NCBI RefSeq assembly: GCF_009914755.1
Contig: NC_060935.1
Strand: one strand, 5' to 3'
Source: the human T2T-CHM13v2.0 reference genome, Homo sapiens
DNA: 64,000 nucleotides
Below, one piece after another: positions 27,959-43,005 of the stretch. Below the pieces are notes generated by a model that was not told where the DNA came from, ran no database searches, and worked only from the letters and a program-made list of their open reading frames with translations. Positions within the stretch are counted from its first letter, which is position 1; each line of letters begins with the position of its first letter. The position numbers and the translations under genes were made by a program.

Positions 27959-28630
27959 TGTGGTGAGTTGAATTATATGCTCTAAGAGGACAAGTTCAAG
28001 CCCTGCAACTCTATGGAACTGAACTCAGCCAATGACCTGAATCAACTTGGAAGCAGATTCACCAACTGGGCCTCCAGGAAGGAACGCAGCCCGGCCCGTC
28101 CCCGGGTTTCAGACACGTGAGACACAAGCTGAGGGCTGATGAGCCCTGCTGCACCCAGACTTCTGACTTGCAGCAGTGACGAGATCATAAATGGGCATTG
28201 TTTTACGGCGGGAAAAAACTCTCAAAGCCTAACCCCAGTGCCTGGGAATGTGACCTTCTTTGGAATGGGGTCTTTGCAGAAGTCATCAAGCTAAGATGAG
28301 GTTAGATTGGGTGGTGGTGGTAGGTGGGGGGGTCCTAAATCCATGACTTGTGTCCTTCTAAGAGGGAAATGTGGATTTAGGACACAGAGACACAGATACA
28401 CAGACACGCAGAGGGGAGAAGACCAGGGGGACAGGTGGAGGCTGGAGTGAGGCACCACCGCCATGGAGTGCCAGGCACTGCCACCAGCAGAAGATGGAAA
28501 AGGCAGGACACACCCTCACCCCTGGCCCCCTGGTTGTGAACTTCTGGCCTCCAGACTGTGGGAAAATAAATGTCTGTTGTTTTAAGCCACCCAATTTGCG
28601 GTCATTTGTTACAATAGCCACAAAAAAATC
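27959..28630 (+). mobile_element. MaLR LTR(s) (MLT1-like, probably composite)
   Basis: gaatgtgaccttctttggaatggggtctttgcaga...aaataaatgtctgttgttttaagccaccca. Confidence 0.7.
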
Positions 28631-28714
28631 TCACCCACCCACCCAATCCACACTAAAGGTGTCCCCAGCTCAACCTCCCCTCAGCCAGATCCCACAAATG
28701 TTTACAGCCCCTAG

Positions 28715-29091
<377 letters not shown>

Positions 29092-30287
29092 AACTTCCGC
29101 AAATTTTAAATGACTGTGTGGATGCTGCTGGGACCCTCCCAGAAGGGGTGTGTGCAAGAGAGGGGCTCTAAAAATTGAGGTCTCTCAGCCTCCAGGGAAA
29201 TTGCCAGCCTTTAGAGCTCTGCTTAGTTCACCCAGCCTTCCCCAGGGGGCCTCCGTTCTGGCCCTCTGGGTCCGTCTCTTAGCACTGTGACCTGCGCTGG
29301 CTGTAGGACCCTTTCCCTTCCTCCAGGACCCCTGGAACAGGGCTTCCCTGGCAGAGCTCATCATGAGAATCTCCTGGGAGGACCTCAAGGGGCCAGGCCC
29401 CATCCTGCTAAGTCAGGGGCAGGGAATGTGGCTCTGAAACCCCCCAGTGGGAGGCTGGGGGCAGCTGTCAGGGGCCCTGCTCACGGCTGGTTGTCAGAGA
29501 GGGGACCCTCTCCATGTGGTCTGCCTGCTGGAGGATGGGCCAGAGGCTGGAGGTGCCCAGGATTATGTGCCACTGGGACCCTCCCTAGGATGGGCCCCAG
29601 AGACCCTCCCTCCACACAGTTGGACCTCAGGACAAGGGCACAAGCACCTCCTCTCCCAGAGCCGGCAGTGGGGTGAACAAGCCCCGAGCTGCAGCGGCCA
29701 CCTCATGGTGAGATGTGGGTTGCAGAGTCCAGGCACATCCCTGACGCGCAGTGGGTTCAGCCAGGCAGGCTGAGCCACACCTCTGAGACCATCAGTAGCT
29801 CCCACTGGCCAGCAGGTCAGCCAGTAAAGGCCGACACCACAGTTCTTCCTACTCCAGCCCTGACCGAGTGTCTGGGTTCACCTCCACTCGGCAGGAAGCA
29901 CCCAGATATGTGCCAGGATCAAGCCAGGAGAGAAGGATCAGGTAGTTTTCAGGTTGTTCTCATGTAAAATCCTGTAAACATGGCCAGAAACACGTGACTC
30001 TGATAGCTACAGATACACCTTTGATTCTGTAACTGGAGAGAGACAGGCTGGAAGAGGAAACCTCAGGAGGTGATAGGTCCAGACATGCGGCAGGGGAAAG
30101 GCAGGAGCGGGAGGAAGAGACGGGAGAGAAAGAGGCATGGTGGGAGGGAAGGCAGCCGACTTGCCGGGAAAGTGGCATAAGTAACAACTGAGGCAGAACT
30201 GGAGGAAGACAGAGAAGAGAGGCCCAGAGGAGCAGACAGGGATGCAGGACAGAGGGGAAGAACCCTTCACAGCCACGCATGGATCCA

Positions 30288-30823
<536 letters not shown>

Positions 30824-32006
30824 TTACACTCATGTGGTCTTTGCTTCCAGGACTGTCCACTCTTCAGAGCTCATTGGGGAATCGAAGACTTTCCCCTTAG
30901 CTAGATCCAGGCCTGGGATGGGGAGGCGGCTGCCTGACGATCACACGTCTGCTGGCCCTAGGCAGCCCCGAGACCTCTCGGCACCCAGTCCCTTCTGTGT
31001 ATGAATAACATCACACATCCGAGGCGAGCTCTTGCGCAGTCTCCTGTGAGCTGGCCTCCACACAGAAGGGTCATTCGCTAGAATGTTCTCCGCTCACGTT
31101 CTGAATTCTGACAAATATTCTCCAAATGTGATTTTCATCGCTTCAAGTGAGACCCAAATCTTGTTAGGTGACGCCAAGGCGAATTCAAATATAAAACTCT
31201 ATTTGCCTTTAACATTTTCAAATATTAAAGCTATCAACAGAAAGGCAAGTAAAGAAATAAAAGTGCAAATGCTATGGGGAGAGAATGGCCCGCAGGCAGT
31301 GGGCGGCGAGGCCCCTCCTCAGCATCATCTGTATCTTGCCCTGCGCTGGAACTTGGCCCACAGGACATCACGTTTGCCGGCACTGCCTGGGAGGTTCCGG
31401 ACACAATGCAAGAGTCTGGGCTCATAGCCAAAGGCAGGGGCTCATGGCTCAGCTACACACACATCAAATAACAACAACAAGATCTAACCGCAGAAACCCT
31501 GCTCCCTGGGGTTCATCTTTACCCTGTGTTCAGGGAAAACAGTCATCAGCCCTTGAGTTTCAAATGGCCCAAATTACCGATAATTTCAGCCTAAATTAGG
31601 CCATTATGTGCTCGCTGCCAGGGTTCCTTCTCTGATGAAAAGCAAGTACTGAGCGGTATCGTCCTCTCCGGGCAGATGGACGGGGCTGGGGGAGGGGTCC
31701 CTGGGCCGAGCCCCCTCACCTCTCTTTTTGGAGGGTAGGGGCTGGTGCTTGGCCCACTGTGACTTGGGCAGGGACGGCAAGCTCTGACCTGCGTCGGCCC
31801 TCAGGCCCCAGGTGGTGGCTCCAGGAGGACTTCAGAGGACCAGGGCTCAGTGGGAGAGAGGCTCTGAGTGCCCTGACAGGTGGGCACTGCCCTTTTTGAG
31901 TTCCCTGGGGTGGGATTACCGACACACAGTGCCAGGCATCTGTGTGCCCAGGAGGGGCCTTGGAGGTGGAGGCAGAAGCACAGGGGCCGGGGAAGCTCGT
32001 AGTCGG

Positions 32007-32695
<689 letters not shown>

Positions 32696-33049
32696 CGCTG
32701 GGGAAATGGAGGCCCTGGGACCTCCAGGCCAAAGGCCAGCACCTGGAAGGGCATCGCAGAGAGGGAACGGCATAAGCAAAACTGCAGGGTGAGCAGAGGA
32801 AGGCAGGGCCAGAGAGAGCACCCCGTGGGATTTGGGGAGACCGTGAAGGCCAAGATAAAGGCTCTGACTTTATTTTGTTCTTTGGGCAGTAGGAAGCCAC
32901 GGAAAGTCATTTTTTAGAGAGAAAGTGCAGAGGTGGACGGTGCTTTAAGGAATGGATTCCGGTGCAGTGTGGTTTGTTCTGTCACCTGCCTCTCCCGGCG
33001 CCGTTTCCCCATCTACTAGTCAGGGTCCCGCACACACCGTAGGACTCAC

Positions 33050-33273
33050 AGCAGTTTCCCAACTGCAGCACCATTGACATTTAGGGCTGATTTTTGGCTG
33101 GAGGGGCTGCCCTGTGTAGTGTAGGACGTTCAGCAGCCTCCCTGGTCTCCACCCACTCGATGCAGGTAGCACCTGCCCCAGGTGTGACAACCAGCGATGT
33201 CTCCAGACATGGCCACGTGCCCCAGGGACAGAACCCCCCGACTGAGAATCCCTGTGTTACAGGATGAGAGCCA
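33050..33273. mobile_element. MER20-like DNA transposon
   Basis: gcaccattgacattt...gtgtgacaaccagcgatgtctccagacat...tgagaatccctg. Confidence 0.65.
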
Positions 33274-34692
33274 GGCCAGTGGACGTGCTTTCAAAGTCAC
33301 AGTGTCCCAGCCTAAAGGGGTGCACAGACTCGGATGGGGGCCCTGACCTTGCCAGGGCGGTGCTGGGATGCCCGTCCTTGAAGCTTCTTCTCTCTGGGTC
33401 AAACACCTCCGGCCACGCTCTCGCTCCAGATTTGCTCCAGGCAGGCGGGGGTTTGGTGGGGAGCGGAATCACTTTAGCTGAGTGTGACCAGCTGTATTGC
33501 TGAGACTGGGGCCGGGGTCATGGCTATGCCTTGGACTGTCCCAGATGGGGACAAGGTGCCAAGGGAGCATGAAATGAAGAGGGCTGTGGCAGAGACTGGT
33601 GTCCATGGAGCACCCTTCATGTCCCTGACTGTTCAGAGCTGGACACAAATCAGCCCGAATTCTCCTTCCACCCTGGGGCTGGGGATGCTGTGGGTCCCTG
33701 TTTGACAAGAGTGGTGGCTGCAGCTTTTGCTGGGTGGATGGGTGAGAGGGCTCTGTGGCCATTGCAGAGCCTATGGCACATGAAGCATGTGAGTGACTGG
33801 GGCCACTGTCATCCGAGGGACACCCTGCGGCCCCAGTTGGGTTATCTGTGACCCCGGGTGGCACAGTGGCAGCCCCGTTCCAGCTGTGGAGACCAATCAC
33901 AAGCCCTGGGGAGGGGGGGCAACAAGGTGACTGCCTTCTGGTCCTGATTCCAATATTTACACCCACCCCACCACGGACCCACCTGGGAAAATCTGGGGTT
34001 CGTGTGCGAGCGGCCCCCTTGTGTCTGTTGGCTGGGAGGGGAGCTGGGAGTCTGGGCTGCTAGGGGAGGTTTCCACCAGCCCAGTGCCCCAGCTTGCACA
34101 AGGACCAAGAGATGCTCAGCGTTGAGCTGGGGCCATGGGGGCTCTTCTGGCTCCCGGAAGTCTCAGCTCTTCCCACACCTCATGTCCTGGGCCGGAGCGT
34201 TCAGGGTTTGCTCTCTGTAAGTCACCCAAGTCTGTAACAAGAGAAGCAGTCCCGTGGTCCACTGGGCTTTGCTTCTGATGTGTGGGAGGTGATTTTCTCT
34301 GTAAAGGAAATAACTGATCCGTAAGAAACAGAAGGTGGAGGGAAGTCTCTCCTCACTTCATCATCTTTTCTGGGGATTGACTTTTTGGTTTTGTTTTATG
34401 AAAAGTTCATTTGTGATCTATTATTCAATTAGGAAATGCGCCAGGCATGGTGATGCTTTTTTAAAAGGGCAGAGATAACCTAATAAGTCAAATTCAATTT
34501 GGGAAACTGGAGTCTGTACGCTTTCCAGAGTAATTGACCTGCCCATGGGCTGAGATCCAGAGGGAAGTGGGGATGGAGGGAGATGTGAGTCGTGATCCAG
34601 GCCCAGGGAGGTGGGGAGGCTGTGGGGGAGCAGGACACCCAGCAGGTGCCCCCAAGCCAATGCAGGAATGGGAGAGACAGTGTCCCTGACAG

Positions 34693-35422
34693 TGTCACCG
34701 CCCAGTGGATTTATCTTTTCTTGCCCACTACCCAGATGAAGCTGATTGATCGAGATGGGGGAATTGCAGTGGAGAAAGTGTTTAATACATGTAGAGCTGG
34801 CTAAATGAGAGACCGAGGTTTTAGTATTCTTCAAATCAACCTCCTTGAAAATTCAAAGGATAGGTTTTTTTCAAGGATAGTTTGGCAAGCAGGGGGCTAG
34901 GGAGTGGGTGCCACTGATTGGTTGGGGCTGCAATCCCAGGAGTCTGGACAACAGTTCTCATGTGCTGAGCCTGCTTCTTGGTGGGGGCCACAGGACTGTT
35001 TGCGTCAGGAGTCTCTGGTCCAATGAAGTCATCTTGTCGTCAGAAATGTAAGCCTCAAAAGACATCTCAGAACGCCAGTCTTAGATTCTAAAATGGTGAT
35101 GTTATTTACAGGCATAACTGGGGAAGTTGCAATCGTGTAACCTCCTGAACAATGGCTGAGAATCCTGTAACTCTGCCTACATCTTAGCAGAACTCAGGCC
35201 CCTCTCATAATCCTAACCTTGTGGACTTTTATTAATTGTATAAAGATGGTTTAATTTGGGGGAAGGGCTGTTATCATTTAAACCATAAACTCAATTTCTC
35301 CCAGAATTAGCTTTGAATGACCAAGGGCAGTTTGGAGGTTAAAGGCAAGATGGGCTTGGTTATGTCAGATCTCTTTCACTGTCATCATTTTCTCACTTTA
35401 TAATTTTTGCAAATGCAGTTTA
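34693..35422 (-). mobile_element. ERV1 (MER4 group, LTR8-like) solo LTR
   Basis: ~730 bp from TGTCA to ataatttttgcaaatgcagttt, the reverse of a MER4/LTR8-type LTR start. Confidence 0.6.
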
Positions 35423-35654
35423 AATGGGCAGCAGGGCCACCACCTGGGGAGAAGAAAAGAGTTGCCCCCACTCCAGGTCCCTGCACAGGTTGCCCTCTGA
35501 CCTGCACCCCCTAGAGTCGACCCCTCCTCAGGGCCTCAGCCCTGATTTCCTTGACATGAGGCCAGCAGGGCCAAAGATAGGAAGGTTGTTGGCACCAGCC
35601 AGAAGCAGAGGGAATTTGGTGACCCAAGGGTCAGGTCACACCCGGAGCTACCCA

Positions 35655-35880
35655 GGCAGACGCACATGCACACACACTACGAAAGCACTGCAGCACACAC
35701 CCTGTGTACACGTGTGACACCACGTTCTGCACTCCCACGCTCATGCACACTCAGACACCTGCATGAATTATGTCTGTGCACACTCACACCATCAGACACG
35801 CTACACTCATGCTCACACACACCCACACACACTTACTCGTGCACGTACACCTCCGTGTTCTTGCACGTGCATTCCCACAG
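35655..35880. repeat. Degenerate CA-rich low-complexity tract
   Basis: Interrupted cacacac/gcacac runs. Confidence 0.6.
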
Positions 35881-36028
35881 GACCACGGCAGGGGGCACGA
35901 CGTGTGGGAGCACCTGGGGTGCCGTGAGCAGCTGGGACCCTGGGCCGGTCCAGGGAAGGGTCTGGGAAGGACTTGGGTGGATGATGAGGGAAGGGCAGCC
36001 CCTCATCTCCACCGTACCCCTCATCTCC

Positions 36029-36315
36029 TGGTGGCTCACTACTGTAATCCCAGTATTTTGGGAGGCTGAGGTGGGCAGATCACGTGAGCTCAGGAGTTCA
36101 AGACCAGCCTGGCCAACATGGTGAAACCCCGTCTCTACTAAAAATACAAAAATTAGCTGGGCGTGGTGGTGTGTGCCTGTAATCCCAGCTACTCGGGAAG
36201 CTGAGGCAGGAGACTCGCTTGAACCTCGGAGGGTGGAGGTTGCAGTAAGCCAAGATTGTGCTACTGCACGCCAGCCTGGGCTGCAGATTGAGACTCCATC
36301 TCAAAAAGAAAAAAA
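36029..36315 (+). mobile_element. Alu lacking its first ~9 nt
   Basis: Begins at TGGTGGCTCAC; otherwise a full dimer. Confidence 0.9.
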
Positions 36316-38005
36316 TTGACTTGCAATAATGAGTTGAAAAGGAGGACTTCTCCCAGGTGCATTTCTGGAACCTCAAGGGACAGGAAGGCAGCCAGGCCTC
36401 AGGAGCCCTGGAACCCGGGACGGAAGCGTGCCTGCACCTGCTCAGTCCCGGGCTCTACTTTCTGCCCTGTGGCTGTATTTCCTCTCTCTCCGCCCAGCCA
36501 CCTCGAGGGTGGAAAGTGACATCCGGCAGGAGGCTTCCCTTCTTCAGACTGGGCTCCCCCAAGAGAACTCTTTCTTAGTCCCAGTCCCAAATTCTGAAGG
36601 GAGAGTTCTTGACTGACCCTAGTTGGAGTCAGGTGCCCGGCCTGGTCACTCCTATGATGGTGGGTTGGGTTGGGGATGGGGGACATCATGGTCCAGAAAG
36701 GCTGCCAGGCACTGGCCCGTGCAGGTGAGGAGAGGTGGTTATGGGAGTGACTGTGAGCTCACGGATGGTGCACACAGCTGATTCGAGTGAGGACTGGAGC
36801 CCAGGTCTTTTGAACTCCTGCCCTGGGTTGGGTTCCCTTCAGTGGCATCTTGGACATGGGCTTTGGTATAAGTGGTTTATGAGGGTGCCCGCTAGGAGAG
36901 CCCTGGAGTGGAGGGAGCTGGCAGGACAGAAGCAGCCAGGCCAGCCCCAGTCTGCTCCCCTGTGAAGCTCTGGTGTATGAGTGGCCCCTTGGGGTCGTCC
37001 CATCTTGAGGAAGGAAGTTGAGCTTTTCATCCAGCCATTGATCAGGGGCTCCACAGACAGGAGCTCCAGGCCTCACTGAGCCAGGCAGCTCCCATGGGCT
37101 GAGGGCAGTTCTGCAGAAAGGGTGCTGCAGTGAGTTGTGGGCACCAGACACAGCTGGGGACTGGGTGCACAGAGCCATAAAGCGGACCCCGGCACAGTGC
37201 GTGGGCATCCACAGAAATCCTGGGTGCTGCAGACCAGCTAACGGGTGGGTGATGGACAAGGGTCCAGGTGCTGGTCAGTGACGTGGGCTGGCAACGTGCA
37301 TGGGGCAGCCCCCAACCACAAAGCGGGAGGAGATGAGGGAAGAGGGGTCCTGGGCTTGGCTTGGGTTTGGGGAGCACTCCCTCCTCTGTGGATGTCTGCC
37401 TGTGTCCCCCCAACTCAACACAGTCCCCCCACAGAGGGACCCTTGGGGGGAAACACTGTCTAACTACCCCAAGAAAATAAAGAGGCAGACACCATGCTGG
37501 GTATTTGCCAAGAACAATTCCATATTCAGATCCACTATTAACATGAAGCTAAATGCGAGAAGTGTTGGCTGGGATTTTCAAATCTGAACGATAATACTCA
37601 CTTATGAACCTTTCCATCACAATGACCCAGAAATAAGACGTGAAGAAGTTGGGATAATGCCATCAAAAGGGTCACGGCGCCCTCATGATTCTCTTGACAG
37701 GCATGAATTTATATAATAATCAAAAAGCATTTTCACCATTAAGCAGCCCCACAGCCTGCCAAGGCCATCGTGGATGACGGTCGCATTACTCACGCGCGTT
37801 GCCACCCAACCGGCTGGGGCATCGCCGCACTTCCCATTCTGCTGGGAACACGTAGAATTAAGATGCTAGGTTTCAAAATTATAAAAACATTTTTCCGTAT
37901 TACTTTTTGGGGGGAATTTGCTAAGAATCACATGACTTCAAGGATAATTATTCCCTCCAGTCATTTTATTCACTTGATAAAAAAGTGGGAAAACATAGAT
38001 AATAG

Positions 38006-38330
<325 letters not shown>

Positions 38331-39037
38331 CAGATCTGCCCTTTCGTGTCTGGCTTATTTCAGCGAGCCTAATGAGCATTCTCACGTTTACTCCACGTTG
38401 TAGCATGCGTCAGAATCTCTTTTCGCTTTTAAGGCTGAGCACTCCTCCACTGTGTGCATAGACCACCGTTTGCTTACACTTCAATTCCGGACGTGTGAGT
38501 GCTTCTACCTTCTGGGTCCTGTGAACAATGCTGCTATGAACACGGGGTGCATCGTGCCTCCAGACTGAGAAGTTAGGGGTTCCCTGCCATCCTCCAAGGC
38601 TGGATTCCTTACAAAGGGTGGGGGTGGCACTGAGGCTCATTTCCGGCCTGGGGAGAGCTCCAGCTAACAGGAGGAGGCAGGAGAACCGATGGAGTTGGGA
38701 AGTTCCCCACTAATTTCAAGAGTCCTCAAAATGTTCATACTCTTTGATGAATAATTCCAACATCAGGCATTATACAGAGGGAATCAGAGATGTGGCTCAG
38801 GGCACTTGTCACAAATGTGGGTGATGCTGGGAACATTAGTTAATGGGCAAAATAAAGAAAAAACACTTTCTCTGCACAACCAAGTTGGGGTATGAGTCCA
38901 ATGTGCTCCCCAGGACACCTGTAAGCACACATGTATATGCGCATCAGAACAGACACGGGTATGCTGGAGATCCCCCCTGTAAACTGCCTAAAAGGCATTA
39001 GCTCCAAATGACCATCACAGAGGAGAGGAATCATCAG

Positions 39038-39675
39038 AGGAGACGAGGGGTGTGGAGGAGATGAGGAGCATGGGGGAGACCAGGAGGGCAGGGAAGACAA
39101 GGAGTGCGGGGGAGACGAGGGGTGCGGGGGAGACGAGGGTGAGGGGGAGACGAGGGTGAAGGGGAGACGAGGGTGCGGGGGAGATGAGGGGTGCGGGGGA
39201 GACGAGGGTGCGGGGGAGATGAGGGGTGCGGGGGAGATGAGGGGTGCGGGGGAGATGAGGGTGAGGGGGAGACGAGGGTGAGGGAGAGATGAGTGGTACA
39301 GTGGAGATGAGGGGTACAGCAGAGATGAGGGGCGCTGGGGAGATGAAAGGTACAGTGGAGATGAGGGGTACAGTGGAGATGAGGGGCGCTGGGGAGATGA
39401 GAGGTGCAGTGGAGATGAGGGGTACAGTGGAGATGAGGGGTGCAGGAGAGATGAGGGGTACAGCAGAGATGAGGGGCGCTGGGGAGATGAAAGGTACAGT
39501 GGAGATGAGGGGTACAGTGGAGATGAGGGGCGCTGGGGAGATGAGAGGTGCAGTGGAGATGAGGGGTGCAGGAGAGGTGAGGGGTACAGTGGAGGTGGAG
39601 GGTACAGTGGAGGTGAGGGGTACAGTGGAAATGAGGGGTACAGTGGAGATGAGGAATGTGGGGGAGATGAGGGAT
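39038..39675 (+). repeat. G-rich 17/18-bp minisatellite (GGGGTACAGTGGAGATGA / GGGTGCGGGGGAGACGA), ~35 units
   Basis: Direct tandem periodicity, also visible as a 6-aa periodic translation (EMRGTV / PSSPLY). Confidence 0.95.
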
Positions 39676-40739
39676 CCCCACCCTCAGTGCTGGCCTGTCT
39701 TCGCCTGTATTCGTGCTCCTCCATCTGCCCACCCCAGGGTCCACCCACAGCTGGGGTCACAGCTCAGCCACCTGGGCTGAACTTTCCACATCAGGCTCCA
39801 CGAGGCTCCACTCCCTCCAGCACCCCACTGGCCACCCAGAGCCCCAAGGCCAGAGCTGTCTTGGATCCAGCCCCCCACCTGCCCTCACCCCCAAAGTCAC
39901 CTACAATTCACCATGGGGGCTGGGTGAGACCAGAGGCCCTGCCCCTGCCCTCTCCACTTGGACCCACTTTGTCAACTGAAAAGTTTCTCCGAAAAAAACT
40001 GCACACTGGCAATATGTTTTGCTATGGGCCAAAAGATTTCCCACATCTGGAGTCTGAATCAACACACATACGTCCTCTGAGACTGGGAAAGCAGTCCCCA
40101 TCCCCGTGCAAGTCCCCCCGCCAGCATGATCCCCAAACTACCTCGCCGGCGCAACACGTGCCTGGGCATCACGCTGAACGGCACGACCTGCTACCCTCCT
40201 TCCCCGCCCTGCACCCCCCACCCCCCAGCCGTGCCATCAAGGCCTCTGGGCCACCGAGGACTTGGATTCAGAAAGAAAACAGCAGATGAAAGTCCTGTAA
40301 TGGACCCCATTGTGCCCCATGGTGAGGCGCAGAAAGAAAAATCAAACCCAAAAGCGACCAAAGGAGTCAAATGATTGTATTTCAGACACACTGTAAAGAA
40401 GCCGGCCTTAATGCCACTCCAGGCAAACCATGCAAACCGGCAAAGTGGGTCAGCCCTTTGGACTTCTGAGAACTGAAAAGCTTTCATCTGTCTCAGAGCT
40501 CAACTGTTTGTGCCTGGAATTGCTGGGGTGGGGTGGGAATGAAGGGGTGCAGTTTCCCTCCCAGCCCCTCCTTTCCTACCCAGGTCCTTCTTGGAGGTGA
40601 CTAAGTCTCATGGTGTGCCCACTGTCACTCATTCTGTTTTTAAGAACTTGTCTTTCTGGACATGTTATTCTTGGTGAATATATGTCTTTATTACTATATA
40701 CTGCTTCTTGGGAACAGGAACATTTTAAGATAACTTTGA

Positions 40740-41099
<360 letters not shown>

Positions 41100-43005
41100 T
41101 AGAACTATTTTCAAAAGGAGAAAGAGAATACTATATTCTTTTCTCCCTTGTCACAGTTATGAGACTAAATTCTCTGGGGGTTACCTGTGATTGTCTTAGT
41201 AATAAAAACTGTGTTCTTAGGCAAAGATGTCCTTTCATTGATCAAAACTGAAATAGCAAAATAAGCATAAATATCGCAAATTACACGTATCTCACCCCGA
41301 CTGGACGATCGTAAGCCAAGACAAAAGAGACCACTCTTCCTGCAACCATGGAGGGGACCACAGATCAGAGTGGGTTGGGGCCAGCTTTGCGGGCCAACTT
41401 CCGGGTCCTTCCTCGAGAGCCACTGTTGCTGGTGGCCCGGGCAAGACTGCCGGCACCCTCCCCTGAGGCTGGCGTGACATCACACACTCTTCTGGAACAG
41501 AGAGGGGAATGTCTCCCTGCAGGACAGTGGCCGTTCTGCTTGTGCTGAGGACTTCTACCCCCAGTGCGCTCCCACACGGAGGGCAGTGGGTGAACGTGGG
41601 GAGCGTCACGGGTCCTTGGAAGCCACCTGGAACACTCCCAGCTGCCCGGCGGCCTGCTGGTAGTGTCCTCCGGGGCCTGCTCCACACCCACCAGGGTCAG
41701 CTGACCCAGAGTTCTTTCCCTGGCTTGGGACTCAGACCCCTCCAGCTGTGAAGACAGCCCTCGGCTCTCACCCCTTCCCGTTGGAAGCTTACTTCGGAGC
41801 CCTTGACTTACCTTGGACCCGCCTGGGGCTGAGGCTGGGCTGGGCTGGGGAGCGGCCAGGAGCCGGGGCTTTCTCTGGGTCTTCCCCTCCCCTCTTCCTA
41901 CAGTGGACAGCTTCCTGCTCCCCAGATCCCACCCTGACCCCTTTTCCCCAGCAGGGCCAAGCCCAGCCTTACCCAGCGTTGTGTCCTCAGGAAGGCGGTC
42001 CCCAAGCTGGGTTTCAGTTTCTACATCTGAAACCAGGGTGGGGAGGGAGGCTGACTTCCATGACGCGTTCTAGAACAAGGTTCGAACTCTGTTCCTGCAG
42101 GTGGCCTGACCGCCCCCAAAAGGCCTTCCCACCTGGGGGCTGTGGACAGTGGAAGGCGAGCGTCCTCCTGGAAGGTTTTCAGGCACAAGGGGGACCAAAT
42201 TGTGGACACGCGTGAACAGGTCCTGGGAGTGAGCAAGAACCCCTGAGGCCCCTCCCAGGAAGAGGTTCAGCAGGGGACAGCATAGCCAGACCGTCCACAG
42301 TCTCGGCGGACCAAGGCCACGCCACAGACGCTCCACCCCAGGTGGAGAAGAGGCGGCTGGCAGGAGTCCTTTCTCCGGGGGCCCCCCCGGGCACTTCACA
42401 GCTCCCCCGCACGCTAGAGCTGCACGTTAGAGCTGGGCCACCGGCCTCGAGTTTCCTTTCATCCCCACAGAACCAGCTCTCGAGGGGCCCTGGGCGTGGG
42501 GACCACCCCGCCCTGCCTCTTGCTGGGCAGGCCCCGGGAGATCGGCCTTTGAGCCTGCGGCCTCTGAGCCAGGCAGGGCGTCCGGCACCCGCATCACTGC
42601 AGGAGCTGGCGTTGCCACGGTGGCCCTTGAGGCAAGAGTCAGACCCCACTCCGAGGGCCACGGGAGACGCGGCCTCTGGGAACTTGTTTAGAACCTGCAT
42701 CCTGTGAAACTGCAGAGCCTCCTCAAGTCCCTTCCCCAGTACTGCTTTTGGGGATGGACGGGCGGAGGGGAGGACAGCAGGCAACTGGGTGCCGCTATGG
42801 GAGGCTCTGCAGTCCCCTTGGCCTCTCTGCAGAGCTCCACTTCCCTTCACGATCACCTTCAGGCTGCAGTGATCACCTGGAGCCCCTCCCAGGGGACGTC
42901 TGGTATTTCTGCACCGTCTTCTAGAAAGAGCATCCTCTTGTGGCTGGGTTAGGATTGGCCCCGCCCCCTGCCCCTCAGAACCAGGTACCCGCAACTGACC
43001 CAGCC

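Noticed and set aside
38840-39780. 306, 236 and 163 aa repetitive ORFs
   Set aside because: Translations of the 18-bp minisatellite.
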